Counted from the stretch's first letter, positions 1 to 10,327 are shown. The stretch: DNA of 64,000 bases from an uncultured bacterium (GCA_963727525.1 CAVSGO010000007.1:1472001-1536000), one strand, 5' to 3'. The notes: a model not told the origin generated them from the sequence alone. Program-made: numbers and translations.

Positions 1-1554
1 GACGCGGTCCCCCGGACCGAGCGTCAATGTCGTGTCCCCCCGGACCGTGCCGATCCCGCGGCCATCGACCGTGAGGCGGCCGGGGCTCGCAGGTGGCAGC
101 GAAATCGCGAGGCGCGCCGTGGCCGGCGGGGGCGGCGGCAGGGCGGCCGCGACGCGGAAGGAATCGACGGTCGACCAGAGCAGGGGTCCGGCGGACAGGG
201 CTTCTGTCCCGACCCGCCAGTAGTAGGTGCCGGCGGACTCCGGTCGCGCCAGGACGTGGGTGGTGCCGGGACACGCGGCCTGGAACAGAGGCGTCACGAG
301 GTCGGCGTTGTCCGCCACGACGAGACGATAACCTCTCGCCGCCGCGGAACCGGTCCAGCGGAAGCTCACGAGCGAATCACCGATCACCTCGCCTCGCGGA
401 GCCAGAACGACGGGCGCCACGGCCCTCGGCTCCGGAGGTTCCGGAGATTTCTGCGGCGTCAGCAGGCGCCACGCGACCACGGCGGCGACCGCGAGCACCG
501 CGACCACGGCGATCCCCACGCGGAGCCGCACGCGTCCGCCGCCCGCGGCATCCGCCGGCGGCGTCGGGATCGTCGGAGGCGGAGGTGGCGTCGGTGCCTT
601 CGGTGGCGGCGGCGGTGCCGTCGGCGGCAGCGTGGCCTGCGGCAGCGGGCTCGGATGCAGCACCGCCGGCCCTGGATCCAGCGCTGCATCGGGGTTCAGC
701 GTTGCCTCGGGATTCAGCACCCCTTGACGGGGCCGGGTCGACGTGCCGGCGCCGGCACGGCCGAGCGCATCGCGCATCGCGGCCGCGGACGGGAAACGTT
801 GCGCAGGATCCCGGGCGATGGCGCGCGACACCGCGGCTTCGACGTCCGGCGGGATCGCCGGGTTCACCGTCGCCAGCGGGATGAATGTGCCCTCGCGCTT
901 GGCCTCGAAGATCTCGTAGGTATCCGCACCCTCGAAAGGATACCTGTGGGCAAGCATGTAATAGAGCATCACCCCGACGGCGTAGATGTCGCAGCGGACC
1001 CAGTCGACCGTCTCCGACGTGCGGAATTGCTCCGGCGCCATGTACCGCGGCGAGCCGACCGATGAGCCCACCTGGGTGAGTTCGGGATCCGTCGCCCCCT
1101 TGGCCACGCCGAAGTCGATGATCTTCACCTGGCCGTCGCGCGCGATCATCACATTGGTCGGCTTGATGTCGCGGTGGATCACGCCCTGCCGATGCGCGTA
1201 GTCCAGGATCGTCAGGACGGACTGGACGAGCGCGAGGCTGCGATCCAGGTCCGGCGGCTGGTCGGAGCGGATGAGATCGTCGAGCGTGGGCCCGTCGATG
1301 TACTCCATCGCGATGTAGAAGCGCCCGTTGGCGTCAAAAAAATCCTTGATCTGGCAGACGCCGCTGGTCCCATCGAGCACCGCGAGCTTCTCGGCCTCCA
1401 GCCGAAAGCGCTCGATCATCTGCGGGTCGCACATCTCCTTCAGGACGACGCGCAGGCTCGGGACGTCGCGATGCGCCGCGAGGAATACGGACGCCATGCC
1501 GCCCGCGCCCAGCTTGTGCAGCACGCGATACTTGCCGATGAACTCTTCCACCAT
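1..1554 (-). CDS. Hanks-type Ser/Thr protein kinase with Pro-rich linker, one TM helix and extracytoplasmic beta domains (3' end runs off window)
   Basis: Not in the ORF track because there is no stop in the window. Manual translation from ATG 1554 gives MVEEFIGKYRVLHKLGAGGMASVF...VVLKE...HRDIKPTNVM...IDFGVAK...GSPRYMAPEQ...DIYAVGVMLY, then a PPPPKAPTPPPP linker, TM GIAVVAVLAVAAVVAW and a GTYYWRV Fn3-like segment. Confidence 0.93.
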   Translation of the reverse strand, partial: MVEEFIGKYRVLHKLGAGGMASVFLAAHRDVPSLRVVLKEMCDPQMIERFRLEAEKLAVLDGTSGVCQIKDFFDANGRFYIAMEYIDGPTLDDLIRSDQPPDLDRSLALVQSVLTILDYAHRQGVIHRDIKPTNVMIARDGQVKIIDFGVAKGATDPELTQVGSSVGSPRYMAPEQFRTSETVDWVRCDIYAVGVMLYYMLAHRYPFEGADTYEIFEAKREGTFIPLATVNPAIPPDVEAAVSRAIARDPAQRFPSAAAMRDALGRAGAGTSTRPRQGVLNPEATLNPDAALDPGPAVLHPSPLPQATLPPTAPPPPPKAPTPPPPPTIPTPPADAAGGGRVRLRVGIAVVAVLAVAAVVAWRLLTPQKSPEPPEPRAVAPVVLAPRGEVIGDSLVSFRWTGSAAARGYRLVVADNADLVTPLFQAACPGTTHVLARPESAGTYYWRVGTEALSAGPLLWSTVDSFRVAAALPPPPPATARLAISLPPASPGRLTVDGRGIGTVRGDTTLTLGPGDRV

Positions 1555-1757
1555 GGGGAGGCTGACTCGATTTCTCGCCGCCAGGGCCGTCAGGGGTGGC
1601 GTATCGTGGTCCGCGCCGGATCCCGGCTACCGGAATGCCGAAGATACCACGACCGTCTGGCAGTGACAACAGGCTCTCGACGACGCGCCCGGCGATGCGT
1701 GGTAGAATGCGACCATCTCACCGGCCCCTCGGGCGCAGGCACAAGAAAGGAACGAGC

Positions 1758-1919
1758 ATGAAACAGGGCCGCCCCAGCCTGTTCCTCGGCGCCGCCGCGG
1801 CGTGGTTCCTCCTCGTCGCGTTCGCCGTCTTCCTGCGCCGGGGCATCTGGCTCGGCGGCCTGATTTTCGTGGCCACCGGAATCTCCTTCGCCATCCTCGC
1901 GCTGCGCAGACGTCGCTAG
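1758..1919 (+). CDS. Small 53-aa two-TM membrane protein
   Basis: AAAGGA RBS upstream of ATG 1758; MKQGRPSLFLGAAAAWFLLVAFAVFLRRGIWLGGLIFVATGISFAILALRRRR has two hydrophobic helices and a basic tail. Confidence 0.6.
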   Translation: MKQGRPSLFLGAAAAWFLLVAFAVFLRRGIWLGGLIFVATGISFAILALRRRR

Positions 1920-1960
1920 CGAGCGCCGGGCGCTTCCCACGGCAGGCTCGCCCCCAGGGC

Positions 1961-4087
1961 TCAATTCTGGATGACCTTCGAACCCTTGATCGCGACATCC
2001 TTACTGGCCTTGATGGCGATCGCGCCCGAGCCCTTGATCGTGATGTCCTTGCCCTCGATCACGATGGTGCCATCCTTCTTCAGCGCGATCGTCGCGTCGC
2101 CCGTCCTGAAGGTGATCGAGTCCTCCGCCTCGATGACCGCGTTCTTACCGACCGTGAGCACGTTGTCCTCGGCCACCGTGATCGTGCGCGCCTCGCCGAC
2201 CTCGATCGTCTGGTTCTTCCCGATCGACTGCGTGTGGTCCTTGCCGACGTTCTCGGCATGGTCGTTGCCGACATTCTCGTTGTGGCTACTTCCAATCGTG
2301 GTGCGCTGATGTGAGCCAACGGTGAGGGACCGCGCCGCGCCCACCGTGACCTCCTGCGCCCCACCGATGCTGACCGCCTCGTTCGCACCGACGTTGTGGA
2401 AACGCGCGAGCGCCACCGACACCGTCTCCGTCTTGCTGACCACCCGCGACCGGTCGCCGCCGACGGAAAGCGACTCGTTGCGCGCGACGGTCTCCGTGCG
2501 GTCGTTGCCGATGGAGACGGACTCGTCGTGTCCAACGCTTTCCGTCTTGTCGTTCTCGACGACGATGGTCTCGTCCTTCTGGGCATGGATCGAGAGTTCC
2601 TCGCTGCCCTTCTGGTCCTCCATCCGGATCTCGTTGAAATCGTCGGTGCCGCCGCCCTTGCTGGACCGGCTCTTGATGCCCGACTGCGTCTTGTTATCCG
2701 GCAGGCCATACGGCGGCATCTGGTCCCCGTTGTACACCTCCCCCGTGATCAGGGGACGATCGGGGTCGCCCTCGAGGAACTCGATCACCACCTCCTGCCC
2801 CATGCGCGGGATATGCACCATGCCCCAGTTCTTGCCGGCCCACGCGTGGGCGACTCGCACCCAGCAAGAACTGGATTCGTCGTTCTTGCCGTAGCGATCC
2901 CAGTGGAACTGCACCTTCACGCGACCATACTTGTCCGTCCAGATCTCCTCACCGGACGGCCCCACCACGACCGCGGTCTGCGGCCCGGCGATCATCGGTT
3001 TCGCTGTCGCGCGCGGCGACCGGTAGGGAACCTGGGCGTTGATGGCGTCGAACGTGCCGCTGTAGGACGTCTCGCCCCCCTGCCCACCGCCCGACTCGTA
3101 CGCGCCGGCCTCGAGCACGTGGTGGGCACCGACGACGAGGTACTCCTGGTTCTGGTCCTGGCGGGGATGGTCGGTCAGCTTGAACAAGCACCCGGCGACC
3201 AGACCCCGGGTCGTTCCCGACGCATGGAACGTCTCGTACGCGGCCATCAGTTCTTCCATGCGATACTTCACATACTCGTTGCCGACACCGGTCGCGACGT
3301 ACTCGCCGGGATAGTCATAGATCTTGAAGTCGGCACCGCTGTGCTTCTTCTGGGCCGTCGCGGTCACGCCAATGTCGCTTCGGGGCGACTCGAAATCGAA
3401 GTCGTCGAGCGCGTAAGCCGTGGCTTGCACCTTCTGGGACATGCGCCAGTCGAGGAACCGATCGAGATCGGCCTTGTCGCTCGATTCGTCGGGGAAGAAC
3501 GGCACGGTCTCGTATCCCGCCACGGCGCCGTGGGAACTGTAGCCATCGGCGAGCACGAGGACGTGGCGCGCGCTCTCGTGCTTGAAGTAGTAGTAGATCC
3601 CCTCCTGCTCCATGAGGCGGCTGACGAAGTTGAAGGCGGTTTCGCGATACTGTACGCAGTAGTCCCAGGCCGCGTACTGGCCGCTCAACGTGTCCTCGAA
3701 ATCGGAGAATCCGAAATCGCGAAACACGGTCTTGATGATGTCCGGAACCGTCATGCCCTGGAAGATCCGGCAATCGGCCGTGCGCGACAGAAACCATAGC
3801 CATGGCTGGAGCTTCACCTCGTAGTGTGCGTAGCGACCGACCGATCCGACCGCGGCGAGCTGGCTCACGATACCATGGAAATGCCGCTGGCTCCCGTCCG
3901 GGAGTTCAGCATGCACGGTCATCCCTTGCCCCAGCAGGGATTCCAGCTTGATCCCGTGATCGTCGCTCAGCAACTCGACGTTGTAATCGAAGAGCCGGCC
4001 GAGCGCTTCCGCCGCCGTCATCCGGAAGAAGAGCAGGACGTCATCACCCAGGGGTGTCGTGACGGAGAATGGTCTATCGGATTGCAT
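1961..4087 (-). CDS. vgrG: T6SS spike protein VgrG (TssI)
   Basis: YCVQYRETAFNFVSRLMEQEGIYYYF, GPQTAVVVGPSGEEIWTDKYGRVKVQFHWDR, SCWVRVAHAWAG, gp5-like C-terminal beta repeats; ATG 4087 with AGGAG RBS. Confidence 0.97.
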   Translation of the reverse strand: MQSDRPFSVTTPLGDDVLLFFRMTAAEALGRLFDYNVELLSDDHGIKLESLLGQGMTVHAELPDGSQRHFHGIVSQLAAVGSVGRYAHYEVKLQPWLWFLSRTADCRIFQGMTVPDIIKTVFRDFGFSDFEDTLSGQYAAWDYCVQYRETAFNFVSRLMEQEGIYYYFKHESARHVLVLADGYSSHGAVAGYETVPFFPDESSDKADLDRFLDWRMSQKVQATAYALDDFDFESPRSDIGVTATAQKKHSGADFKIYDYPGEYVATGVGNEYVKYRMEELMAAYETFHASGTTRGLVAGCLFKLTDHPRQDQNQEYLVVGAHHVLEAGAYESGGGQGGETSYSGTFDAINAQVPYRSPRATAKPMIAGPQTAVVVGPSGEEIWTDKYGRVKVQFHWDRYGKNDESSSCWVRVAHAWAGKNWGMVHIPRMGQEVVIEFLEGDPDRPLITGEVYNGDQMPPYGLPDNKTQSGIKSRSSKGGGTDDFNEIRMEDQKGSEELSIHAQKDETIVVENDKTESVGHDESVSIGNDRTETVARNESLSVGGDRSRVVSKTETVSVALARFHNVGANEAVSIGGAQEVTVGAARSLTVGSHQRTTIGSSHNENVGNDHAENVGKDHTQSIGKNQTIEVGEARTITVAEDNVLTVGKNAVIEAEDSITFRTGDATIALKKDGTIVIEGKDITIKGSGAIAIKASKDVAIKGSKVIQN

Positions 4088-4169
4088 GGTCTCGGCTCCT
4101 TGCAAGAGCAACGGCGATCACGCCGGATGCCGTCCATTGCGAACGATTCCCGAACACCTGCGTGCCGGG

Positions 4170-6896
4170 TCAGGCCTCGTCGTAGAGATACGCGAACGCG
4201 CCGTTCTCCACCTCGATACGGACCCTCGCGATCGGCCGTCCTTCCATCATACGCGTCAGGAGTTCCTCGCTGATCTGCGGCAGGACGCTGTTCGTCAGGA
4301 TCGCGTCGATCATGCGGCCCCCGCTCTCCAGCTCCGTGCACCGACTCACGATGAGATCGATCACGGCGTCATCGTAGGTCAGGTCGACGCCGTAACTCTC
4401 ACGCACGCGCCGTCCGACCCGCGAGAGCTGCAGGCGCGCGATCTTGCCGACAACCTCGTCGCTCAACGGGTAGTACGGGACCACGATGAGACGCCCGAGC
4501 AACGCCGCGGGGAATGTCTTCAGCAGGGGTTCGCGCAGCGTCTTCGCCAGCCCATCGGCATCGGGCATGAGATCCGGGTCCTGGCACATCGACATGATCA
4601 GGTCGGAGCCGACGTTGGAGGTCAGCAGGATCAGCGTGTTCTTGAAGTCGATGAGACGCCCCTCGCCATCCTCCATCATCCCCTTGTCGAAGACCTGGAA
4701 GAAGATCTCGTGGACATCGGGGTGGGCTTTCTCCACCTCGTCGAGCAGGACCACGCTGTAAGGCCGGCGTCGCACGGCCTCCGTGAGCACTCCGCCCTCG
4801 CCATAGCCGACATAGCCCGGCGGCGCCCCCTTCAAGGTGGAGACGGTGTGCGCCTCCTGGAACTCGCTCATGTTGATCGTGATCAGATTCTGTTCGCCGC
4901 CGTAGAGTGTCTCCGCCAGCGCGAGCGCCGTCTCCGTCTTGCCCACGCCCGAGGGGCCGGCCAGCAGGAACACCCCGACCGGCTTGCCGGGATGATCGAG
5001 CCGGGCGCGCGACGTGTGGATTCGGCGGGCGATCATCTGCAGCGCATGATCCTGTCCGATGATGCGCTGGCCGAGCGTGCGGTCGAGCTTGAGGATCATC
5101 TCGATCTCGTTGCGCACCATCCGGCCCACCGGGACACCCGTCCATTCGGCCACGATGGTCGCCACCGCCTGGGCGTCGACACTCGGCAGGATGAGCGGAT
5201 GCTCCCCCTGCTGCTGCGCGAGTTCCCCCTGCAGCTCGCGCAGGCGCGCCAGCCGCTCGGTTCGCTCCTTTGCCGTCAGCTCCGCGGTCACGGCGGCATC
5301 GGCCGCCTTCTCGAGATCGCTCTCGGTGCCCTCCACCGCCTGCGAATCGCCCCTCAGCTCGGCGCGCAGCGCGAGCACCTGCTTCACCAGTTCCTGTTCT
5401 CGAGTCCAGCGCGCCTCGATGCCCGCCAGCCGCGTTTGCTCCTCCTCGAGACGCGCCTTCGCCTCGGCCTCGCGTGCCAGGGTCTCCACGCCGATGGCCT
5501 CCTCGCGGCCGATGATCCCCAGTTCCGTCTCGAGCGCAGCGATCCGCCGGCGCGAGTCGTCCACCTCCGGCGGCACGGAGTACTGGCTGATGGCCACGCG
5601 CGCGCACGCCGTATCGAGCAGGCTGACCGACTTATCGGGGAGCTGGCGGTCGGGGATGTAACGGTGCGAGAGGCGCACGCTCGACTCGAGCGCCTCGTCC
5701 AGCACCTGAATGCGGTGGTGGGCCTCGAGTGTCGACGCCATCGCGCGCATCATGAGGATGGCTTGCTCCTCCGTGGGCTCCTCGACCTTGACCACCTGGA
5801 ATCGCCGCGTCAGCGCCGGATCCTTCTCGATGTGCTTCTTGTACTCGGCCCAGGTCGTGGCGGCGATCGTGCGCAGCGTGCCGCGTGCCAGCGCCGGTTT
5901 GAGCAGGTTGGCCGCATCGCCCGTACCCGCGGCCCCGCCCGCGCCGATGAGGGTGTGCGCCTCGTCGATGAAGAGGATGATCGGCTGCTCGGACGACTGC
6001 ACCTCGTCGATCACTTGCCGCAGACGATTCTCGAACTCACCCTTCATGCTCGCCCCGGCCTGCAGCAGACCGATGTCGAGCGTTCGCAACTGGACATTCG
6101 CGAGCGGCGGCGGCACGTCGCCCGACGCGATCCGCAGGGCGAACCCCTCGACCACCGCCGTTTTGCCCACACCGGCCTCGCCGGTGAGGATCGGGTTGTT
6201 CTGGCGGCGCCGCATGAGGATGTCGACGACCTTACGGATCTCCGGATCGCGGCCCACGATCGGGTCGATCTGGCCGGCCCGCGCCTTCGCCGTGAGATCC
6301 ACGCTGAAGCGCTGCAGCGCGTCCTGCTTGCCCATCTGGGCCGGCGCCATCGCGCCACTGGCCTCGCCGGGCTGGGCGCCCTCGCCAGGGGTGAAACCGT
6401 CCGACGCCCGCAGGCCATCCTCGGGCGAGCCGGCGCAGATCTCCGTAAATCGATCCGTGAGGGCGTCGAGCCGGATCTTGTCGAACTCCGGCGAGATACC
6501 CATCATAACGTTGCGCAACGCGCGGGTGTTGAGGATGCCCACCACGAGATGCCCCGTGCGAACTTGCGACTCGCCGAACAGCAGCGACCCGTAGACCCAG
6601 CCGCGTTCGACCGCGTCCTCGATGTGCGACGAGAGATCGGAGATGGACGTCGATCCCCGCGGGAGCCGCTCGAGGTCGTTCGTGACGTCCCGGGCGAGCC
6701 GCGCAGGTTCGAGTTCGAACTCCTTGATGATCCGGTGCAGATCCGAGTCGCGGAGCTGGAGGATCTGGTGAATCCAGTGGACGAGTTCCACGTAGGGATT
6801 GCCGCGCAGCTTGCAGAATACGGTCGCGCTCTCGATCGCCTTGTAGCCGATCGCGTTGAGCTTGCCGAATAGGGCCGTTCGCTTGATTCCCGACAT
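4170..6896 (-). CDS. tssH: T6SS AAA+ ATPase ClpV (TssH)
   Basis: N-terminal CKLRGNPYVELVHW; two Walker A motifs (GEAGVGKT, GPSGVGKT); RRRQNNPIL; GGAGG RBS before ATG 6896. Confidence 0.97.
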   Translation of the reverse strand: MSGIKRTALFGKLNAIGYKAIESATVFCKLRGNPYVELVHWIHQILQLRDSDLHRIIKEFELEPARLARDVTNDLERLPRGSTSISDLSSHIEDAVERGWVYGSLLFGESQVRTGHLVVGILNTRALRNVMMGISPEFDKIRLDALTDRFTEICAGSPEDGLRASDGFTPGEGAQPGEASGAMAPAQMGKQDALQRFSVDLTAKARAGQIDPIVGRDPEIRKVVDILMRRRQNNPILTGEAGVGKTAVVEGFALRIASGDVPPPLANVQLRTLDIGLLQAGASMKGEFENRLRQVIDEVQSSEQPIILFIDEAHTLIGAGGAAGTGDAANLLKPALARGTLRTIAATTWAEYKKHIEKDPALTRRFQVVKVEEPTEEQAILMMRAMASTLEAHHRIQVLDEALESSVRLSHRYIPDRQLPDKSVSLLDTACARVAISQYSVPPEVDDSRRRIAALETELGIIGREEAIGVETLAREAEAKARLEEEQTRLAGIEARWTREQELVKQVLALRAELRGDSQAVEGTESDLEKAADAAVTAELTAKERTERLARLRELQGELAQQQGEHPLILPSVDAQAVATIVAEWTGVPVGRMVRNEIEMILKLDRTLGQRIIGQDHALQMIARRIHTSRARLDHPGKPVGVFLLAGPSGVGKTETALALAETLYGGEQNLITINMSEFQEAHTVSTLKGAPPGYVGYGEGGVLTEAVRRRPYSVVLLDEVEKAHPDVHEIFFQVFDKGMMEDGEGRLIDFKNTLILLTSNVGSDLIMSMCQDPDLMPDADGLAKTLREPLLKTFPAALLGRLIVVPYYPLSDEVVGKIARLQLSRVGRRVRESYGVDLTYDDAVIDLIVSRCTELESGGRMIDAILTNSVLPQISEELLTRMMEGRPIARVRIEVENGAFAYLYDEA

Positions 6897-6924
6897 ATTC
6901 ACACCTCCCGGTTTTCCGCGACGA

Positions 6925-7971
6925 CTATGCGTGCGTCGACGAGGCTTCCGCTGCTACAGGGTCGAAGACGAGGTCGTCGACGTTTTCGCGGGGCCGCGTC
7001 GACGGCAACCACGCCGTCCGGCCCAGATCTCCGTGCACGCCCAGTTGCAACGGGCGGACATCGTCGCCACGCAGGAGCAATCGCAGATCCCATGCGAACT
7101 CGTCGTGGCTGTAGGTCTTCACGAGTTCGATCAAATCCGCCAGTTCCTCGCCTCCGGGCAGGAAGGCGCGATAACGAACGTACGGGAGCGGCCCCAGCGT
7201 GATGCGAATCTTCATTTGCCGGTTCCAGATCCGACTTCCGAGTACCGTGGTGCGGCCGAGCGCGCACGTGTCGGCGCCGCTGCCGAGGCGGCTGAATGCG
7301 CGCTCCGGCAGATGCAGCCAATCACCGACGAAGTCGGCCACGCGCACACCGGTCTCGAAGTAGCCGGCGAGCATCGCCTCGAGCCCGTCGACATTCCGCG
7401 TCTGCAGCGCCAGCCTGCCGGCGAAGTGGAGCCGGATCTCGTCGGCCACACCGCCGCGCGAACGCATGGCGGGCATCCCGAGGCCGAACAGCGAGCCCAC
7501 GTAGATGGCGAAGCGATCCGATTGCGGCCGGTCATAGCTCACGACCGGCTGCGCATTGGCCCAGGCCCGGTAGAAGAGGGAGAGCATGCGGTGGTGAAAG
7601 ACGTCGGCGAAACTCGCGAACGCGGTGTCGTGCGCGTTGCGAATCCGATCGTGCGCGAAATCGGTGAGGTGCAACGGCAACGGCCCCTGGGGGCCGAACA
7701 GGCCGAAGAAGTACACCGCGAGCCGGTCCGGGCGTCCGGCCGTACCGCGCTGGAACCCGGCGATGGTGGCAGGGGCGAAGGCCGCGGACGGCGTCTGCCC
7801 CAGCCTCACGGGATCCTCGGCCGCCGTGGTCGATTCGCCTAGGCGCGCCTTGTCCCGGAACTCGGCCTCGATCCGGCGAATCGCCTGGAAGAAGCCGTAC
7901 CGGTACGGCTCCGCCGCGAGCGCCGCGAGGAAATCTACAGGACCTGTCGCCGCCCGAGCCTGATCGGCCAT
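6925..7971 (-). CDS. tssG: T6SS baseplate subunit TssG
   Basis: YGFFQAIRRIE, FGLFGPQGPLPLHLT, FADVFHHRMLSLFYRAW; lies after tssF. Confidence 0.95.
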   Translation of the reverse strand: MADQARAATGPVDFLAALAAEPYRYGFFQAIRRIEAEFRDKARLGESTTAAEDPVRLGQTPSAAFAPATIAGFQRGTAGRPDRLAVYFFGLFGPQGPLPLHLTDFAHDRIRNAHDTAFASFADVFHHRMLSLFYRAWANAQPVVSYDRPQSDRFAIYVGSLFGLGMPAMRSRGGVADEIRLHFAGRLALQTRNVDGLEAMLAGYFETGVRVADFVGDWLHLPERAFSRLGSGADTCALGRTTVLGSRIWNRQMKIRITLGPLPYVRYRAFLPGGEELADLIELVKTYSHDEFAWDLRLLLRGDDVRPLQLGVHGDLGRTAWLPSTRPRENVDDLVFDPVAAEASSTHA

Positions 7972-9812
7972 CGGATGATCTCCCCGCGGTCGACCGTGCG
8001 AATCACGGTCTCGGTGAACGAATTGATCGAGGCGTACCGAGCCAGGAAGCGTTCGAGCACCGAACCCAGGAGAAAGGCGCCCGTACCCTCGAAGGCTTCC
8101 TCGGCGAACGTGATCCCCACCTCGACACCGCGGCCCGGCGCACTGGGGCCGTCGCCCGTGAGCAGGCGCGTGACCGAACGCGACGCGACCGACACGACCC
8201 CGTCGATCTGCTTGCGGATCGCCGGCTCGCTGTTCTCGCCGTAGAGCGTCAGGATCTCGCGCAATGCGTCGGCTCCCACCTCCTGGTCGCGATCGACGAG
8301 CGAGAGATAGTTGAGGGTCAGGTGGCTGACGAGGCGCCACGCCGTGTCGCCCTCAGGCTGCGACGGCCGCGGCCGGCTCGGTGGCTGCAGGCAGCGCACG
8401 GTCACCACGGGCGCCCCCGCGACCAGCGAGAAACTGCTCTGGTCATCACTCGTCTGCATGAAGAGAACGAGATCGCGATTCGTGCACAGCGTCTCGACGG
8501 CGAGTTGCTTTACCTCGGGCGCGACCACGCGCTCGTGAGCATCCACGAGCGAGAGGTAGACGTCGCTGCCGATGTAGCTGGATCGCGCCGCGTGACTCGA
8601 GGCCCGTTCGGGTTGCCGGCGCGGCGAGCGCTGGACCGTGTAATACGCACGCTCCTGCGCTCGTCCCTGGCCACGTCCGAGCGAGTAGAACCTGCGGAAC
8701 TCCTGCACATGCTCGTTCTGCGCCCCGTATCCGTTCACGGATTCGACACGATAGACCTCGTAATCGAGTGGCCGCGTGCGATCCGGAATCACCTGGTACG
8801 ACTCCGTCGCGTCGGTCAGGAGAATGCGATCGGTGCGCTTGGGAAAGAGATTGATCGCCGGCGTGACATGCAGCCGGAAGGCCTTGTGATCGATCAGGGT
8901 CTTCAGCTTCGGATCCGCCTGGTTCAGCAGGATGACGATATCGAGCGTCGCACCAGCGCAGCGGCGGACCGCGGGCGCCAGCCCGACGAGTTCGAGGAAC
9001 ATGAACCGCTCCGGCAGCATGAAGTACTCCTGCAGGAGGCGGTATCCCTGAAACGACTGCGGGCCATACGGCAGCATGGCTTGCTCGTCACTGAAGCCGT
9101 ACTGCCGGACACACGTGCGGTCGAGCGAATCGTGCCACGGCGCCGGCCGTTCGCCGGGCTGGATGAGCACGCCCACGGATCTGGCGATGCATAGCTCGTA
9201 GATCCGCATGGCCAGCCCGTGCCGGCCCGCGAGGTGGATCACCAGGCGATCGAGGGCCAGCTCGCTGAACCCGCCGCTCGCGGTGGTTTCCAGGCGCAGG
9301 CGCAGCCCAGCCGCCGCCTGTCGGCCCCGGGCCGCCGCCACCTTGCCGAGGTCACCGAGGTTGTTGATGTACTCGGCCTCGGTCAGCTTGATCGGCCAGA
9401 GGGTGACGTCGTGGGCAGTACGGAACTCGCAGGGCGTGAGGTCGGTCGCCATCATCTTTGCCCGCAGCGCGCTCCCGCGCGGCACCGGGAAGCCCGCGGT
9501 GAGCGAGCCGTCGAGCATATCGGGTTCCAGCTCCACCATCGCCGCCGCGGGCACCGGCGCGAGGCACTGGGGATAGACCATCTCCAGGAGATGCTGCGTG
9601 AAACGGGGATACTCGGCGTCGATCTTCAGCTGCACCCGCGCCGCAAGGAATGCGAAGCCCTCGAGCAGGCGCTCCACGTAGGGATCGGCGCACTCGAGAC
9701 CTTCGAGGCTCAGACGTCCTGCGATCTTGGGATAGGCCTCGGCATACTCCGCCCCCATCTCCCGGACGTGCTGGAGTTCCTGGTTGTAATATTTGAGCAG
9801 GCGCGGATCCAT
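7935..9812 (-). CDS. tssF: T6SS baseplate subunit TssF
   Basis: MDPRLLKYYNQEL..., DPYVERLLEGFAFLAARVQLKID, GYRLLQEYF, C-terminal FLARYASINSF. Confidence 0.97.
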   Translation of the reverse strand: MDPRLLKYYNQELQHVREMGAEYAEAYPKIAGRLSLEGLECADPYVERLLEGFAFLAARVQLKIDAEYPRFTQHLLEMVYPQCLAPVPAAAMVELEPDMLDGSLTAGFPVPRGSALRAKMMATDLTPCEFRTAHDVTLWPIKLTEAEYINNLGDLGKVAAARGRQAAAGLRLRLETTASGGFSELALDRLVIHLAGRHGLAMRIYELCIARSVGVLIQPGERPAPWHDSLDRTCVRQYGFSDEQAMLPYGPQSFQGYRLLQEYFMLPERFMFLELVGLAPAVRRCAGATLDIVILLNQADPKLKTLIDHKAFRLHVTPAINLFPKRTDRILLTDATESYQVIPDRTRPLDYEVYRVESVNGYGAQNEHVQEFRRFYSLGRGQGRAQERAYYTVQRSPRRQPERASSHAARSSYIGSDVYLSLVDAHERVVAPEVKQLAVETLCTNRDLVLFMQTSDDQSSFSLVAGAPVVTVRCLQPPSRPRPSQPEGDTAWRLVSHLTLNYLSLVDRDQEVGADALREILTLYGENSEPAIRKQIDGVVSVASRSVTRLLTGDGPSAPGRGVEVGITFAEEAFEGTGAFLLGSVLERFLARYASINSFTETVIRTVDRGEIIRWPIRLGRRQVL

Positions 9813-10327
9813 CAGGTCTCGTCTCGCTCGTCCTGACCGGTGATCGTGAACGTCCCCAGCTCGAGATCGACCGCCGTCCTCAGGTAGAGATGCCAGGGCA
9901 CCGGCTCGGCCCACAGCATGCCCTCGATATCGAACGTCAGCGCCATCGGCATCCCGGCGGTGTCGTCCCGCGTGAGTCTCACCTGAACCGTATCCCGCAA
10001 GATCCGCGGCTCGAACCGCCAGATCGCCTCACGCAGCCGTATTTCCATCTCCCGCGCTTCCACCCGCGATGGCTGTATCCCGGCGAGATGGGGAATGCCA
10101 TAGTTGAGTGTCGAGGCCGCCACCTCAGGGTAGCGCTCCAGATCCTCCACCGCGTCGAGATTACCCGTGTTGAGCAGCCAGGTCAGATCCCGCAACACGC
10201 ACTGGCGCAGTTCCTGCATCGTCAGGACCTGCCGGTCCGCCGACTCCCGTCGCTGCGTCGGCTCGTCGTCCGTGAGGCGATCGAGGAGGGACGGCTGCAG
10301 TCGATCCTGCGGCTGCAGCCTAGGCAT
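9812..10327 (-). CDS. tssE: T6SS baseplate subunit TssE (gp25-like)
   Basis: LQPSLLDRLTDDEP, RDLTWLLNT, LNYGIP, IWRFEPRI. Confidence 0.95.
   Translation of the reverse strand: MPRLQPQDRLQPSLLDRLTDDEPTQRRESADRQVLTMQELRQCVLRDLTWLLNTGNLDAVEDLERYPEVAASTLNYGIPHLAGIQPSRVEAREMEIRLREAIWRFEPRILRDTVQVRLTRDDTAGMPMALTFDIEGMLWAEPVPWHLYLRTAVDLELGTFTITGQDERDET

Noticed and set aside
2100-2560. Repetitive region in vgrG as a novel repeat element
   Set aside because: Ordinary gp5-like 8-residue beta-helix repeats of VgrG
4059-6872. 937-aa plus-strand ORF (and similar long antisense ORFs, e.g. 48052-51168, 58810-60642)
   Set aside because: Antisense shadows of tssH, nrdJ and the gldG-like gene, expected in high-GC DNA; no recognisable motifs
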